A DNA stretch of 64,000 bases, from positions 3,456,001-3,520,000 of the forward strand of contig OZ253442.1 in the NCBI GenBank assembly GCA_965261085.1. The letters are read 5' to 3'. This DNA is from a bacterium (GTDB lineage Bacteria; UBA8248). How positions within the stretch are numbered: position 1 is the stretch's first letter; every line of letters starts with the position of its first letter. Shown in pieces: positions 49,293 to 59,703 of this stretch. The translations under genes were made by a program, and so were the position numbers. The notes under the pieces are model-generated. The model did no database searches. It worked only from the letters and a program-made list of their open reading frames with translations, and had not been told where the DNA came from.

Positions 49293-50080
49293 ATCGCCGA
49301 CAACAATCTCCCCGTGGACGGCCCGTCTCGGCGATAGGAGAAAAATCTCGACGATTCCGAGAACGTGCAGGGGCCCGGCGCGCCAATCCGGCTTTCGGGA
49401 ATCCCCGCCGAGGCCAACTGAAGCCTCGCCGCAAGGGGAAGGTCCAGCAGCCATTTGCCCCGCCCCAGTGGCGTGGTGAAATCTCTCCAGTTTCGGTGCC
49501 GTTCGCGAAAAGGCGGCAAGCACTCCTCGTCCACCTCGTAGCGCTCCCCGGAAATGGCGGGGCCGAGGGCGGCCCGCATGTCCCGTGGCTCGCAGCCGTA
49601 TTCCTCCCTCATCCGCTCGATGGTCCCGGGCAATACGCCGCCGGCCACCCCCTTGCGTCCCGCATGCACGGCGGCGACGACCATCTTCCGGGCGTCTGCG
49701 ATGAGCACGGGTATACAATCCGCCGTCTGAACCGCTACGCCTAAGTCAGGGACATTCGTAACCAGGGCGTCGCCACACGCTTTTTCATCGGGGGAAACAT
49801 CCTCGGCCACGAGAACATCGCACCCGTGCACCTGTTTTACTTCCACCAGGCGTTCCGCCGGAAAATCGGCGGCTTCAAAAAAACGCCTCCTGTTTTCCGC
49901 TACATTTTCGGGGACTTCACACCTGGCGCGCCCGAGGTTCAGGGAACGGAAGCCGCCCTCGCTCACCCCTCCTCTTCGGGTGCTGAACCCGTGACGCAGG
50001 AAAGCGAGTTCTTCCAGCAGCGGTGATCTCAGAAATTCAACGCCGCCGGATTCGTGACGCTCCAAAGAAATCATCCACAA
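49277..50080 (-). CDS. pgeF: Peptidoglycan editing factor PgeF / YfiH
   Basis: HGFSTRRGG, QVHG, TADCIPVL, HAGRKG and FFSYRR. Confidence 0.92.
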   Translation of the reverse strand: MWMISLERHESGGVEFLRSPLLEELAFLRHGFSTRRGGVSEGGFRSLNLGRARCEVPENVAENRRRFFEAADFPAERLVEVKQVHGCDVLVAEDVSPDEKACGDALVTNVPDLGVAVQTADCIPVLIADARKMVVAAVHAGRKGVAGGVLPGTIERMREEYGCEPRDMRAALGPAISGERYEVDEECLPPFRERHRNWRDFTTPLGRGKWLLDLPLAARLQLASAGIPESRIGAPGPCTFSESSRFFSYRRDGPSTGRLLSAIWIGA

Positions 50081-50294
50081 CCCATCCCGGACGAGAAGAA
50101 ATCATCGAACACCTCTGCATAAACTCCCCTGCTCTGCTCACATTATAAAGAGAGGTCCGTGACGCCACAAGAAACAGGCTCATGCTCTCGAGAAAGGCGC
50201 GACTGGGGGAGAATGCTCTCCCCCAGTCGCGTCCATGGGGAATGCGTCGTCAGGCGCGAGAGAGGCCCCCCCGGCCGAACGACGTTGGGGAGTT

Positions 50295-51443
50295 TCAGTC
50301 AACCTGCTTTCGCAGGAAGGTGGGCACGTCCAGATCGTCATCCTCCAGATTATCGGGGACACCGGATTGCGTTTTAGTGTTTTTCAGTCGGATATACGTG
50401 GGAACCGAAATTTTTCCGCCCTCGGTGCCCGTGGCTTCCGCTTCCAGAGGGGGAACCTCTCGAATCGATTCCCGCCCAAAGCCCGTCGCGATGACAGTCA
50501 CGCGAATCTGGTTCTCCAGGTTCGGGTCAATCACCGAACCGAAAATAATGTTGGCGTCCTGGTGCGCTTTTTCATGGACGAGTTTGCAGGCCTCGTTCAC
50601 CTCGAAGAGCGCCAGATCATTACCTCCGGTGATGTTGATGAGCACGCCCCGGGAACCCTCGATGGTCCCCTCCTCGAGCAACGGGCTGTTGATGGCGTTT
50701 TGCGCGGCGATGACGGCGCGATTCTCGCCCTGGCCCGTACCGCTGCCCATAAGCGCCTTGCCGCCCATGTCGCGCATGATGGTGCGCACGTCGGCGAAAT
50801 CGAGATTGATCAGGCCTGGCGTGGTGATGAGGTCGGCGATTCCCTTACACGCCTGCAACAAGACGTTGTTCGCCTTCTGGAAAGCTTCCATCATCGGCGT
50901 GGAACGCTCGACCATTCCCAGGAGACGCTGATTGGGGATGGTAATGAGCGTGTTCACGGCCTCGCGCAACTCATCGATCCCCTCGTCGGCTTGACTCATC
51001 CGGCGAGGGCCCTCGAACTCGAAAGGCTTGGTGACGACGCCCACCGTCAGCACGCCCGCCTCTTTCGCGATGCGCGCGATGACGGGAGCGGCGCCCGTGC
51101 CCGTACCGCCGCCCATCCCTGCGGTGACGAACACCATCTCGAGTTTCTGCATGAATTCAGAAAGACGCTCGGTGTCCTCCAGGGCGGCTTTCCGGCCGAC
51201 ATCGGGGTTTCCGCCAGCCCCCAGGCCGTTCGTCAACTCCTGGCCGATCTGAATTTTCTCGGACGCCAGAGAGCGCTCCAAAACCTGGGCGTCCGTGTTT
51301 GCAGCCACGAACTGAACACCCTCCATGCCCTCTGAAATCATGGTGTTGACGGCGTTGCCTCCGCCGCCTCCTACGCCGACGACCGCGATTCTCGCGCTAC
51401 ACGGCGGCCCCTGATCCAGTGTGAAAAACGTCGAATCACTCAT
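50295..51443 (-). CDS. ftsZ: Cell division protein FtsZ
   Basis: [25 protein letters not shown] and the C-terminal DVPTFLRKQ; start MSDST at 51443. Confidence 0.98.
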   Translation of the reverse strand: MSDSTFFTLDQGPPCSARIAVVGVGGGGGNAVNTMISEGMEGVQFVAANTDAQVLERSLASEKIQIGQELTNGLGAGGNPDVGRKAALEDTERLSEFMQKLEMVFVTAGMGGGTGTGAAPVIARIAKEAGVLTVGVVTKPFEFEGPRRMSQADEGIDELREAVNTLITIPNQRLLGMVERSTPMMEAFQKANNVLLQACKGIADLITTPGLINLDFADVRTIMRDMGGKALMGSGTGQGENRAVIAAQNAINSPLLEEGTIEGSRGVLINITGGNDLALFEVNEACKLVHEKAHQDANIIFGSVIDPNLENQIRVTVIATGFGRESIREVPPLEAEATGTEGGKISVPTYIRLKNTKTQSGVPDNLEDDDLDVPTFLRKQVD

Positions 51444-51490
51444 TCTCCCCCCCTTCGATCTTGGGAAGCTCTCCCTGCTCCCCCTCCTGA

Positions 51491-52732
51491 TCATTTGAAT
51501 ACACTAGCAAAAACATGGCGGATTTTTTGTGTTGTTTGACGAATCGGGCCGTGCGACGCCCCGTTCGTGAGGCCCCGGCGCTTTGGGGCGCCTGCTTTCA
51601 TGGCGTAAATCACCAGGCCCACGGCGGTGGAGTACATGGGTCCGTTGACCATATCCACGAGCCCGCCGATGCCGCTGGGAACGCCCAGTCTCACCGGAAG
51701 CTGAAGCACGTTCTCGGCCAGTTCATCGGCGCCCTCGATAATGCTTGCCCCACCCGTGAGCACGACCCCGGCGGGAAGGAGATCCTCCATGCCGCTTTTT
51801 TGTATCTCACGGCGGATGAGCGTCAATATCTCCTCCATGCGGGGTTCGATGATCTCGGCGAGCATCTGGCGGCTCAATATGCGCGGCGGGCGGCCTCCCA
51901 CGCTGGGTACTTCGATCTCCTCATCGTTCGACACACGGGCGGCCATCGCACAGCCGTGCTCCTGCTTGATTCTCTCCGCCTGGTAATCCGGCGTCCGCAA
52001 TCCTATCGCCATATCCCGCGTGATATGGCTGCCGCCCACGGGGATGACGGCCGAATGGCGCAGCGCGCCCCCGCTGATGACGGCGACGTCCGAGGTGCCG
52101 CTCCCGATGTCCACGATGGCCACGCCCAGGTCGCGCTCATCATCGCTCAGCGCGGCCAGTGAGGAGGCGAAAGGCTGAAGCACCAGGCGCTCGACATTCA
52201 AGCCCGCCTTCTCGACGCTGCGGGTGATGTTCTGAATCGCAGGAATCGCGCCCGTCACGACGTGGACCTTGCACTCCAGGCGAACGCCCGCCATTCCCGC
52301 GGGTTCGGTAATTCCCTCTTGATCGTCGACGATATATTCCTGCGGCAGCACATGAATGATTTCGTGATCCGTCGGCATCGTAACCGCGCGCGCCTGCTCG
52401 ACGACGCGATCAATATCCTCTTGCGTCACAATCTTGCTCTTGATGGCCACGATACCGTTGGTGTTGAAGCTGCGAATGTGCCCCCCCGCCACACCAACGA
52501 ATGCGGAGCGAATGGGGGAGCCGCTGATGAACTCCGCCTCTCCCACCGCCGTTTGAATCGACTCCACCGTCTGATCGATATTCACCACCGAGCCTCGGTT
52601 GAGCCCTTTCGAAGCGGTTTTTCCCAGACCTACGACTTCAAGGGAACCGTCCTCGTTCACCTCGGCCACGACCACACAGATTTTCGAGGTGCCGATGTCC
52701 AAACCCACCAGCACGTCGCTTCGTTTGCTCAT
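51491..52732 (-). CDS. ftsA: Cell division protein FtsA
   Basis: [22 protein letters not shown] and VVLTGG. Confidence 0.97.
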   Translation of the reverse strand: MSKRSDVLVGLDIGTSKICVVVAEVNEDGSLEVVGLGKTASKGLNRGSVVNIDQTVESIQTAVGEAEFISGSPIRSAFVGVAGGHIRSFNTNGIVAIKSKIVTQEDIDRVVEQARAVTMPTDHEIIHVLPQEYIVDDQEGITEPAGMAGVRLECKVHVVTGAIPAIQNITRSVEKAGLNVERLVLQPFASSLAALSDDERDLGVAIVDIGSGTSDVAVISGGALRHSAVIPVGGSHITRDMAIGLRTPDYQAERIKQEHGCAMAARVSNDEEIEVPSVGGRPPRILSRQMLAEIIEPRMEEILTLIRREIQKSGMEDLLPAGVVLTGGASIIEGADELAENVLQLPVRLGVPSGIGGLVDMVNGPMYSTAVGLVIYAMKAGAPKRRGLTNGASHGPIRQTTQKIRHVFASVFK

Positions 52733-53643
52733 CCTATTGTCCCTCCATCCTTTGTGAGCGGCCGAACGATAACCCTGCCGGGAAATCTCAGATCGAACTG
52801 GAGGCCGCCCCCTCCGAATTTCTCCTGGCGGAGAACGTCATCCGCAACGGCCCGGAGCCGACCGGCCTGACTCTCCATCCTTTCTTCACTGACCATGAGT
52901 TCCACCTTTCCCTCCAAGGCGCGAAGCCGGAGTTGACCCGATCCGGTGTTTCGCACGGAAACGCACTCGCCGCGAATCACCGGAGAATCCTGGAATAAAA
53001 AGACCGCTTCGATGGAGCGCGCCAGGCGCGGGTCGCGAACAACGTCGCCCGGCCGCCGGCGTCTCGAGTCGAATCCCTCGACCATGGGCAAGCATCCCGC
53101 GAGCGGCGTCACGGGCTTGCCGAGCACGACGCCATCCTCATCCACCACGAGGGCTTCAGCGCCCATGATGAGTGCGGCGGGTTTGCGCTCGAGGATATCG
53201 ACCTGGAGGAAATGGGGCGGACGCATGCGCACGCTCGCGCGCTTTATCCACGGATGAGAGGCCACGCGCGCGCGTACGGCCGCCAAATCGGCGTCGAATA
53301 TGTTCGTTCCCGGTTCGACCCCCACGAGTTTTTCGATGTCCTCGGCTCGAAGCGTCTGATGCCCCGTCACCACCACCTTGCTCAACTCGAAATGACGGCT
53401 GCTCTTCGCCCACCGGACCGCGTGCCCGCCCAGGAGAAGCACCTCCACCAAAACCAAAAAACCGATTGCGGGCCATATCCAGTTTGCGCCTGCTCTTATT
53501 TTGCCACCTCGCCCGACTCTTTTTTGGGTGTCTCGCTTGACGCTCTTTTTGACGATCCGGGGGAGTTCGGCCGTCTGGGCGAGATTCAGGAAAACTTCCC
53601 GGCTCCTGGCTTTCCCTCTCCACTTGAACGATAAACGCCTCAC
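52729..53643 (-). CDS. ftsQ: Cell division protein FtsQ/DivIB
   Basis: TM helix, POTRA domain (HPWIKRASV), ERKP and C-terminal DLRF; position in the dcw cluster. Confidence 0.85.
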   Translation of the reverse strand: MRRLSFKWRGKARSREVFLNLAQTAELPRIVKKSVKRDTQKRVGRGGKIRAGANWIWPAIGFLVLVEVLLLGGHAVRWAKSSRHFELSKVVVTGHQTLRAEDIEKLVGVEPGTNIFDADLAAVRARVASHPWIKRASVRMRPPHFLQVDILERKPAALIMGAEALVVDEDGVVLGKPVTPLAGCLPMVEGFDSRRRRPGDVVRDPRLARSIEAVFLFQDSPVIRGECVSVRNTGSGQLRLRALEGKVELMVSEERMESQAGRLRAVADDVLRQEKFGGGGLQFDLRFPGRVIVRPLTKDGGTIG

Positions 53644-54593
53644 GCCGGGTCCTCCCCGATGACGTTCAACTCCAGGATCAGCTCGATGCCCTTTTGCTCC
53701 AAAATCGTTCTTTTCACTTCGCCGATGAGCGCCAGCACATCCGCCGCCGTGGCCCCACCGAGGTTCACCATGAAATTCCCGTGCACCTCGCTCACTTGCG
53801 CGCCGCCGACGCGCATCCCCTTGAGGCCCGCCGCTTCGACGAGCACGCCTGCGCGCTCGCCGGGTGGATTCTTGAATATGGACCCCGCGCAGGGCACCCC
53901 CCAGGGCTGGCGCTCCCGCCTTTGAACGGCGCTTCGCCTCAATTGCTCCCGCAACTCATCGGCGTCCGCCGGCCGGAGCGAGAAGCGAACGGACAACACC
54001 ACGCCCGGCGCGGGCAATTCGGCGCGCCGATACGAGAAACGCAAGTCCTTCGCGGAGAGCCGCTCGGGAGCGCCCCCATCCAGAGGCGCCCAGCGAACGC
54101 TCTCCACGGCGTCTTCGATGTATGATTCGGCGGTACCCGCGTTCATGGCCAAGGCGCCTCCCACGGTGCCGGGAACCCCCGCCAGACATTCGGTTCCCGC
54201 CCAGCCGCGCTCGGCGGCGAAGCGTACCAGCGCCGGAATCTTCTCTCCCGCGCGCGCTTCGAGCAGTATGCGCTCCGCGCTCTCCTCGACCACTTCGATT
54301 CCCCTGAAGGCCTTTGGAAACGCGATGACCACCCCGCGGACGCCTCCGTCGCGCACCAGGGTGTTGGCGCCGCCGCCCAAAACCGTGACCGGCAACGCCT
54401 CGCTCCGGCATCTCTCAATCAACTCCACCAGTTCGTCTTCCGTCGCGGGCAGCGCGAGGGCGTCCGCCGGACCACCCACCTGAAACGTGGTGTATGCGGC
54501 CAGCATTTCATCGAAAAGAATCTCGCAATCGAGACCTTTGAGCTTTTCCGCCATCTCCAGCGCCATGACTTCCTCCGCCGACCCGATGCTCAT
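53640..54593 (-). CDS. murB: UDP-N-acetylenolpyruvoylglucosamine reductase
   Basis: TTFQVGGPA, GVPGTVGGALAMNAG, AGSIFKNP and HGNFMVN. Confidence 0.95.
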   Translation of the reverse strand: MSIGSAEEVMALEMAEKLKGLDCEILFDEMLAAYTTFQVGGPADALALPATEDELVELIERCRSEALPVTVLGGGANTLVRDGGVRGVVIAFPKAFRGIEVVEESAERILLEARAGEKIPALVRFAAERGWAGTECLAGVPGTVGGALAMNAGTAESYIEDAVESVRWAPLDGGAPERLSAKDLRFSYRRAELPAPGVVLSVRFSLRPADADELREQLRRSAVQRRERQPWGVPCAGSIFKNPPGERAGVLVEAAGLKGMRVGGAQVSEVHGNFMVNLGGATAADVLALIGEVKRTILEQKGIELILELNVIGEDPA

Positions 54594-55990
54594 ACCGCTT
54601 CCTCTGATTCGCCATCTCTACGCTCGAGCCTTCCGAGCAGATCCCGGCCCGCCTTCCAGACGTCGCCCGCGCCCAGCGTGAGAACAATGTCGCCGCTCCC
54701 CGTCTCCTCGAACAGGCGATTCGAGGCATCCTCCAGACCGGCCACCGCATCGCAACTCCGGTGGCCGTGCGCCCTGATCCCCTCGGCGAGTTTTTCCGAA
54801 CTCACGCCCTCGATGGGCGCCTCGCCTGCGGCGTATATGGGCGCGACGAGCACCCTGTCGGCATCGTAAAAAGCGGTGTGGAAGGCTCCTTCGAGATGAT
54901 GCGTTCTCGTGTAGCGATGCGGCTGAAACAACACCACCAGGCGATTTTCCGGCCAGGCCTCGCGAACGGCGCGGAGCGTGACCTTGATCTCCTGGGGATG
55001 GTGCCCGTAGTCATCGAAAATCGTGACCCCCGATGTCGCGCCAATCCGCTCCAGGCGGCGGCCGATGCCGTCGAACTCGTGGAGTCCTCTTTGAATGTCC
55101 CCGAAGGAGACGTCGAGCTCCATCGATACGGCGGCGGCGGCCAGGGCGTTGTCCGCGTTGTGGCGCCCGGGCATGAGGAGGCGAATCTCGCCGAGTCGCT
55201 CTCCATGTCGTTTGACGCCAAAGACCGCCTCTCCGTTTTCGTAGCGAAACTCCTCGCCCACGTAATCCGCCTGGGTGCCGAACCCATAGGTGAAGAACTG
55301 CTTCTCCACGTGAGGGATGATCTCCTGAACCGCGGGATGATCCAGGCACAAGACCGAAAAACCATAAAAGGGCACCTTGTTCACGAATTCCAAGAACGCG
55401 GTCTTGATCGCGCCGTAATTCTCATAGAAATCCAGATGCTCCTCGTCGATGTTCGTCACGATCGCAATCGTGGGGGTGAGCCTCAAGAACGTGCCGTCAC
55501 TCTCATCGGCCTCCGCCACCAGATAGTCGCCCTCGCCCATTCGCGCATTCGAGCCCAGGGCGTTGATGCGTCCGCCCACGACGACCGTGGGGTCGAGACC
55601 GCCGGCCGCCAAGGCCGCCGCGATAAACGAGGTGGTGGTCGTCTTGCCGTGCGTCCCCGCCACGCCGATGCTGTATTTCATGCGCATGAGTTCGGACAAC
55701 ATCTCCGCGCGCTTGATGACGGGGATTTTCCGTCGCCTGGCTTCCGCCACTTCGACGTTCTCATTCGTAACCGCCGAGCTGTAGACCAAAACGTCCACTC
55801 CCGCCACGTTTTCCTTTTTGTGTCCCAGAACCACCTTGGCGCCCAGTCCGCGAAGCCTGAATATCGCCTCGTTGCTCGCGATGTCCGAGCCGCTGATCTC
55901 ATAGCCCAGGTTCAGCAAGACCTCGGCGATGCCGCACATGCCCGTCCCGCCGATGCCCACGAAATGAACGCGGTTCGAGTGCCTGAACAT
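54590..55990 (-). CDS. murC: UDP-N-acetylmuramate--L-alanine ligase
   Basis: HFVGIGGTGM, GTHGKTTTT, EADESD, DDYGHHP and FQPHRYTRT. Confidence 0.96.
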   Translation of the reverse strand: MFRHSNRVHFVGIGGTGMCGIAEVLLNLGYEISGSDIASNEAIFRLRGLGAKVVLGHKKENVAGVDVLVYSSAVTNENVEVAEARRRKIPVIKRAEMLSELMRMKYSIGVAGTHGKTTTTSFIAAALAAGGLDPTVVVGGRINALGSNARMGEGDYLVAEADESDGTFLRLTPTIAIVTNIDEEHLDFYENYGAIKTAFLEFVNKVPFYGFSVLCLDHPAVQEIIPHVEKQFFTYGFGTQADYVGEEFRYENGEAVFGVKRHGERLGEIRLLMPGRHNADNALAAAAVSMELDVSFGDIQRGLHEFDGIGRRLERIGATSGVTIFDDYGHHPQEIKVTLRAVREAWPENRLVVLFQPHRYTRTHHLEGAFHTAFYDADRVLVAPIYAAGEAPIEGVSSEKLAEGIRAHGHRSCDAVAGLEDASNRLFEETGSGDIVLTLGAGDVWKAGRDLLGRLERRDGESEEAV

Positions 55991-56039
55991 AGCGTGTGTG
56001 GCGTATGGTCGCGCTATCACTCTCAGGCTCCTTTCCTCA

Positions 56040-57125
56040 TCACGCCGCCATCGCCTGTTGACGGCATAAGGCGGCGACTGCTTCTGAAGCGTTCGCGCGG
56101 GCCAGGGATTTCGTCCGCTCCGACATGGAGACGAGCTTTCCCCGCTCCGCCTCGTATTCGAGCCAGATATCCGCCAGAACCCGGCCGCTCAAATCTTTTT
56201 GAAGAACCATTCGCGCCGCCTCGCGCTCCGCGAGATAGCGGGCATTCGCCTCCTGATGCCCGTGGGTGGCGCTGGGCAGCGGAATCAACACGGCGGGGAG
56301 CGACATCGCGGACAACTCCGCCACGCTCACCGCTCCCGCGCGCGAGAAGCATACCTGCGCCCAGCGATAGCGATCCGCCATGTCGTGCAGATAAGGCGCC
56401 ACGTCCGCTTGCGCGCCGACCTGCTCATAGGCCGCGCGCACGCGGGGGAAATCCGCCTCTCCCGTCTGGTGAACGAACCGCATTTTCCCGAGCGCCTCAC
56501 CCAAGAGGGGCAACGCCTCCATCACCGCCTCGTTGATGGCTCTCGCCCCCTGGCTTCCGCCGAAGATGAGCACCTTCAAAGGCCCGCCCCAGGAATCTTC
56601 GCCGCGTTCGAAATTCTCTGAAAACTCGCTCCTGAGCGGCAGGCCCGTCTCGACGATTTTCCCGCGAGCAAAGCCTGCGTCCCGAACTGGCAGACCCACG
56701 GCGACCCTGGACGCAAAACGCGACAGCAGCCGGTTCGCCACACCGGGAACGACGTTTTGCTCGATCAGGACAATCGGCTTTCTCCAGAGCCCGGCCGCAG
56801 CGACCGAGGGAACGCTGGAATAGCCGCCCACCCCCAAAACGACATGGGGACGAAAGCGCCTCAGGATTCCCATCGCCTGACAGAATCCATAACTCACCAT
56901 GGCCATCGCCTTGGCCCTTTGGCCCACCGAGCGTCCCAGAACGCCTGCGGAGGAAATCGCCTGAAACGGCAGGTTCTCACGCGGCAGAACCCTGGCCTCG
57001 ATCCCGCGGGCGGTGCCCACGAACAAAACTTCGTTCGCCTCTCCGCCAGCCAGCCAAGCCCTGGCCACCGCAATACCCGGGTACAGGTGTCCGCCCGTAC
57101 CGCCGCCCGCAACGAGGAGTTTCAT
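56040..57125 (-). CDS. murG: Undecaprenyl-PP-MurNAc-pentapeptide GlcNAc transferase
   Basis: MKLLVAGGGTGGHLYPG (start 57125), EQNVVPG.AN, GGSQGA and HQEANA. Confidence 0.95.
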   Translation of the reverse strand: MKLLVAGGGTGGHLYPGIAVARAWLAGGEANEVLFVGTARGIEARVLPRENLPFQAISSAGVLGRSVGQRAKAMAMVSYGFCQAMGILRRFRPHVVLGVGGYSSVPSVAAAGLWRKPIVLIEQNVVPGVANRLLSRFASRVAVGLPVRDAGFARGKIVETGLPLRSEFSENFERGEDSWGGPLKVLIFGGSQGARAINEAVMEALPLLGEALGKMRFVHQTGEADFPRVRAAYEQVGAQADVAPYLHDMADRYRWAQVCFSRAGAVSVAELSAMSLPAVLIPLPSATHGHQEANARYLAEREAARMVLQKDLSGRVLADIWLEYEAERGKLVSMSERTKSLARANASEAVAALCRQQAMAA

Positions 57126-58309
57126 GAGCGCGCCCTCCTGCGGAGGACCGGCTTGCGTGCGCGCGAAATCCACCCGACTGCCGCGTCGAGCGGACTCCTC
57201 CCCCCCGATTCTCCGGGGGCTTGGTTCGATGATTCTATGGAAATCAGCACTCCCAGGGAGATGAGCGTAAACACCAAAGACGTTCCGCCCAGGCTGATCA
57301 GCGGCAGGGGTATGCCCGTGGTGGGCAGAAGGCCCGTCGCCACCGCCATGTTCAGGAAACCCTGCGCGGTGACCAGAAAAGTCACGCCCGCCGCCAGCAG
57401 GGCGCTGAAGGAATCTTCGCAGCGCATGGCTATCTGAAAACCGCGCCAAAGCAAGACAACGAACGCCGCCGCGACGCACAAGGCGCCGATGAGTCCCAAC
57501 TCCTCGCCCACGACCGCGTAGATAAAATCCGTGTGGGGTTCGGGCAAATAGAAGAGTTTTTGCTTGCCCTCGCCCAGACCCAGACCCCCAAAACCGCCTC
57601 GCGCGATGGCCAGCAAAGACTGAATGAGCTGATAACCCGCGCCTTTCGCCGCGGCGAAGGGATCCCAAAAGGCGAATATCCGCTTCATGCGCCAAGGTGC
57701 TAAGACCACCATGCCGAGCAGTACGAATCCCGTCGCGAGCGCGCAAACGCCCAGGTGGGACGTCCTCGCGCCCGCCAGGTACAACAAAACGCCGACGACC
57801 GCGGCGGTCAGGGTGGCCGTGCCCAAATCCGGTTGAATCAGTATGAGGCCCAGAATGATCCCCGCGAATCCGACCGGCGGGAGAAAACCATACATCCAAT
57901 GATTCAGGCGCTCGCCCTTGAGCGCTAAAAAATGCGCCAGAAAAATCACCAGCACCAACTTTGCGGCTTCGGCCGGCTGAAAAGAAACGGGACCCAGCAT
58001 CAGCCACCGGCGCGCGCCGCCCGCCTCTTTTCCGATGCCCGGCGCAAACACCATCAAAAGCGCGATGACGGAGGCGAACATCAAGGGAAATGCGATTTTG
58101 CGAAGGAGGCGGGGGTCCGTCTGGGTGATGACCAGCATACAGGCGAACCCGACAACGGCCCATAAAACATGGCGTTTCACGAAGTAGAACGCATCGCCGT
58201 ACCTGTCCAGCGCCAGAATATGGCTCGCGCTGAACACCATGACGACGCCGAAAGCCACCAGCCCCAGCGAGACGAAAAAGATGACGGGGTCGATTCGTTT
58301 GCGAATCAA
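57122..58309 (-). CDS. ftsW: Peptidoglycan glycosyltransferase FtsW
   Basis: GARRW, QPAE..K, QPDLGT, LPEPHTDFI and PLISLGGTS; TTG start at 58309. Confidence 0.95.
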   Translation of the reverse strand: MIRKRIDPVIFFVSLGLVAFGVVMVFSASHILALDRYGDAFYFVKRHVLWAVVGFACMLVITQTDPRLLRKIAFPLMFASVIALLMVFAPGIGKEAGGARRWLMLGPVSFQPAEAAKLVLVIFLAHFLALKGERLNHWMYGFLPPVGFAGIILGLILIQPDLGTATLTAAVVGVLLYLAGARTSHLGVCALATGFVLLGMVVLAPWRMKRIFAFWDPFAAAKGAGYQLIQSLLAIARGGFGGLGLGEGKQKLFYLPEPHTDFIYAVVGEELGLIGALCVAAAFVVLLWRGFQIAMRCEDSFSALLAAGVTFLVTAQGFLNMAVATGLLPTTGIPLPLISLGGTSLVFTLISLGVLISIESSNQAPGESGGRSPLDAAVGWISRARKPVLRRRARS

Positions 58310-59703
58310 TTCGCATCCCTCCCCGTCAGCCCCTGCACCATTTCGCGAAACGCGTCGCCCCGGTGGGCGTAGTCGCGAAACTGATCGAAACTCGAACAAG
58401 CGGGCGAGAGAAGAACCGTATCGCCCGCTCTCGCCTCTTCTTGCGAGATGCGTACGGCTTCATCCAGCGTTTTCGCGTAGGCTAGAGGCGCGCATCCATC
58501 AAAAAAACGGCCAAAACGCTCCGCCGCCTCGCCGATGAGAATCATGCGCCTGACTTTCCGCTCCACACCGGTGCGCAAGGGCGTAAGGTCGCCTCCCTTA
58601 TCCACACCCCCGGCGATCAAGAGCACATCCCCCGTCACACTCTCCAGGCTCATCGCCGTGGCGCCCACGTTCGTTCCCTTCGAATCGTTCACCCAGCGAA
58701 CGCCTCCCATCTCGCCGACGATCTCCATGCGGTGGGGGAGTCCCTCGAAACTGCGCGCCACGCGCGCCATCACACCCACGTCCGCGCCCAGAAAATGCGC
58801 CGCCGCACATGCCGCCAAAAAATTCTCCAGGTTATGAAGGCCGGGAACCAGAAGCTCATCCGCGCCGCAAACGCGAGTGGAGCCCCCTTCATCGGCCAAA
58901 AATACATCGCCCTTTTCGACATAAGCGCCCCGGCGCACACGCCCTTTCCGGCTGAACGCCAGGACGCTTTGCGGGCCGGGGGTCATGTAGCGCGCCGTCA
59001 GGGGATCGTCGGCGTTCAGAATTTTGGCGTCCCCCTCACCCTGGTTGGCGAACAACCTCGCTTTGAGGCCTGCGTATTCATGAATGTCCGGATGCCTGTC
59101 CAGATGGTCGGGCGTCACGTTGGTCATCACGCCCACTTTCGGCTTGAGCGTGGGCGCCCATTCGAGTTGAAAGCTGCTCACCTCGCCGACGATGAAATCG
59201 GCCCCATCACCCTCGGCCTCGACCACCTCGACGAGCGCTCTTCCGATGTTTCCGCCCACCGGCGCGCGAAAATCGCTTTCCTCCAGAATCCGCCCCAGCA
59301 TAGTAGTCACCGTCGTCTTCCCGTTCGTTCCGGTGACGGCGGCGATGGGCGCGGAACAAAGGCGAGAGGCCAGCTCCACCTCGCCGATTACCTCAGCGCC
59401 TGACGCCTTCGCCAGGGCGATGTAGCGATTCGTCGCTGGAATCCCCGGACTCACCACCAACAAATCGCACTCCTCGAAACGCGCCTCATCGTGGCCGCCG
59501 AGTTCGAGAACCACGCCCGGGGGCAAGCGCTCGCCCAGGCCCGGAACTTCCTCCAAATCCGTGGCCACCACCTTCGCGCCCAGGCGCGCCAGCGCCCCCG
59601 CCGCGGCAATGCCGCTCCTCGCCATTCCCATGACGAGCGCTCGCCGCGCGGGCAGTGCTTCTATCCACGTCGTGGCCTTGTTGTCCAAAACAAGATTCCT
59701 CAT
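58306..59703 (-). CDS. murD: UDP-MurNAc-L-Ala--D-glutamate ligase
   Basis: GMARSG, VSPGI, TGTNGKTT, EVSSFQL, NDSKGTN and LSPACSSFDQF; start 59703. Confidence 0.95.
   Translation of the reverse strand: MRNLVLDNKATTWIEALPARRALVMGMARSGIAAAGALARLGAKVVATDLEEVPGLGERLPPGVVLELGGHDEARFEECDLLVVSPGIPATNRYIALAKASGAEVIGEVELASRLCSAPIAAVTGTNGKTTVTTMLGRILEESDFRAPVGGNIGRALVEVVEAEGDGADFIVGEVSSFQLEWAPTLKPKVGVMTNVTPDHLDRHPDIHEYAGLKARLFANQGEGDAKILNADDPLTARYMTPGPQSVLAFSRKGRVRRGAYVEKGDVFLADEGGSTRVCGADELLVPGLHNLENFLAACAAAHFLGADVGVMARVARSFEGLPHRMEIVGEMGGVRWVNDSKGTNVGATAMSLESVTGDVLLIAGGVDKGGDLTPLRTGVERKVRRMILIGEAAERFGRFFDGCAPLAYAKTLDEAVRISQEEARAGDTVLLSPACSSFDQFRDYAHRGDAFREMVQGLTGRDAN

Noticed and set aside
50201-50228. 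Strong palindrome GACTGGGGGAGA..TCTCCCCCAGTC between ftsZ and pgeF
   Set aside because: A single hairpin downstream of ftsZ; most simply a terminator or mRNA-stabilising stem.
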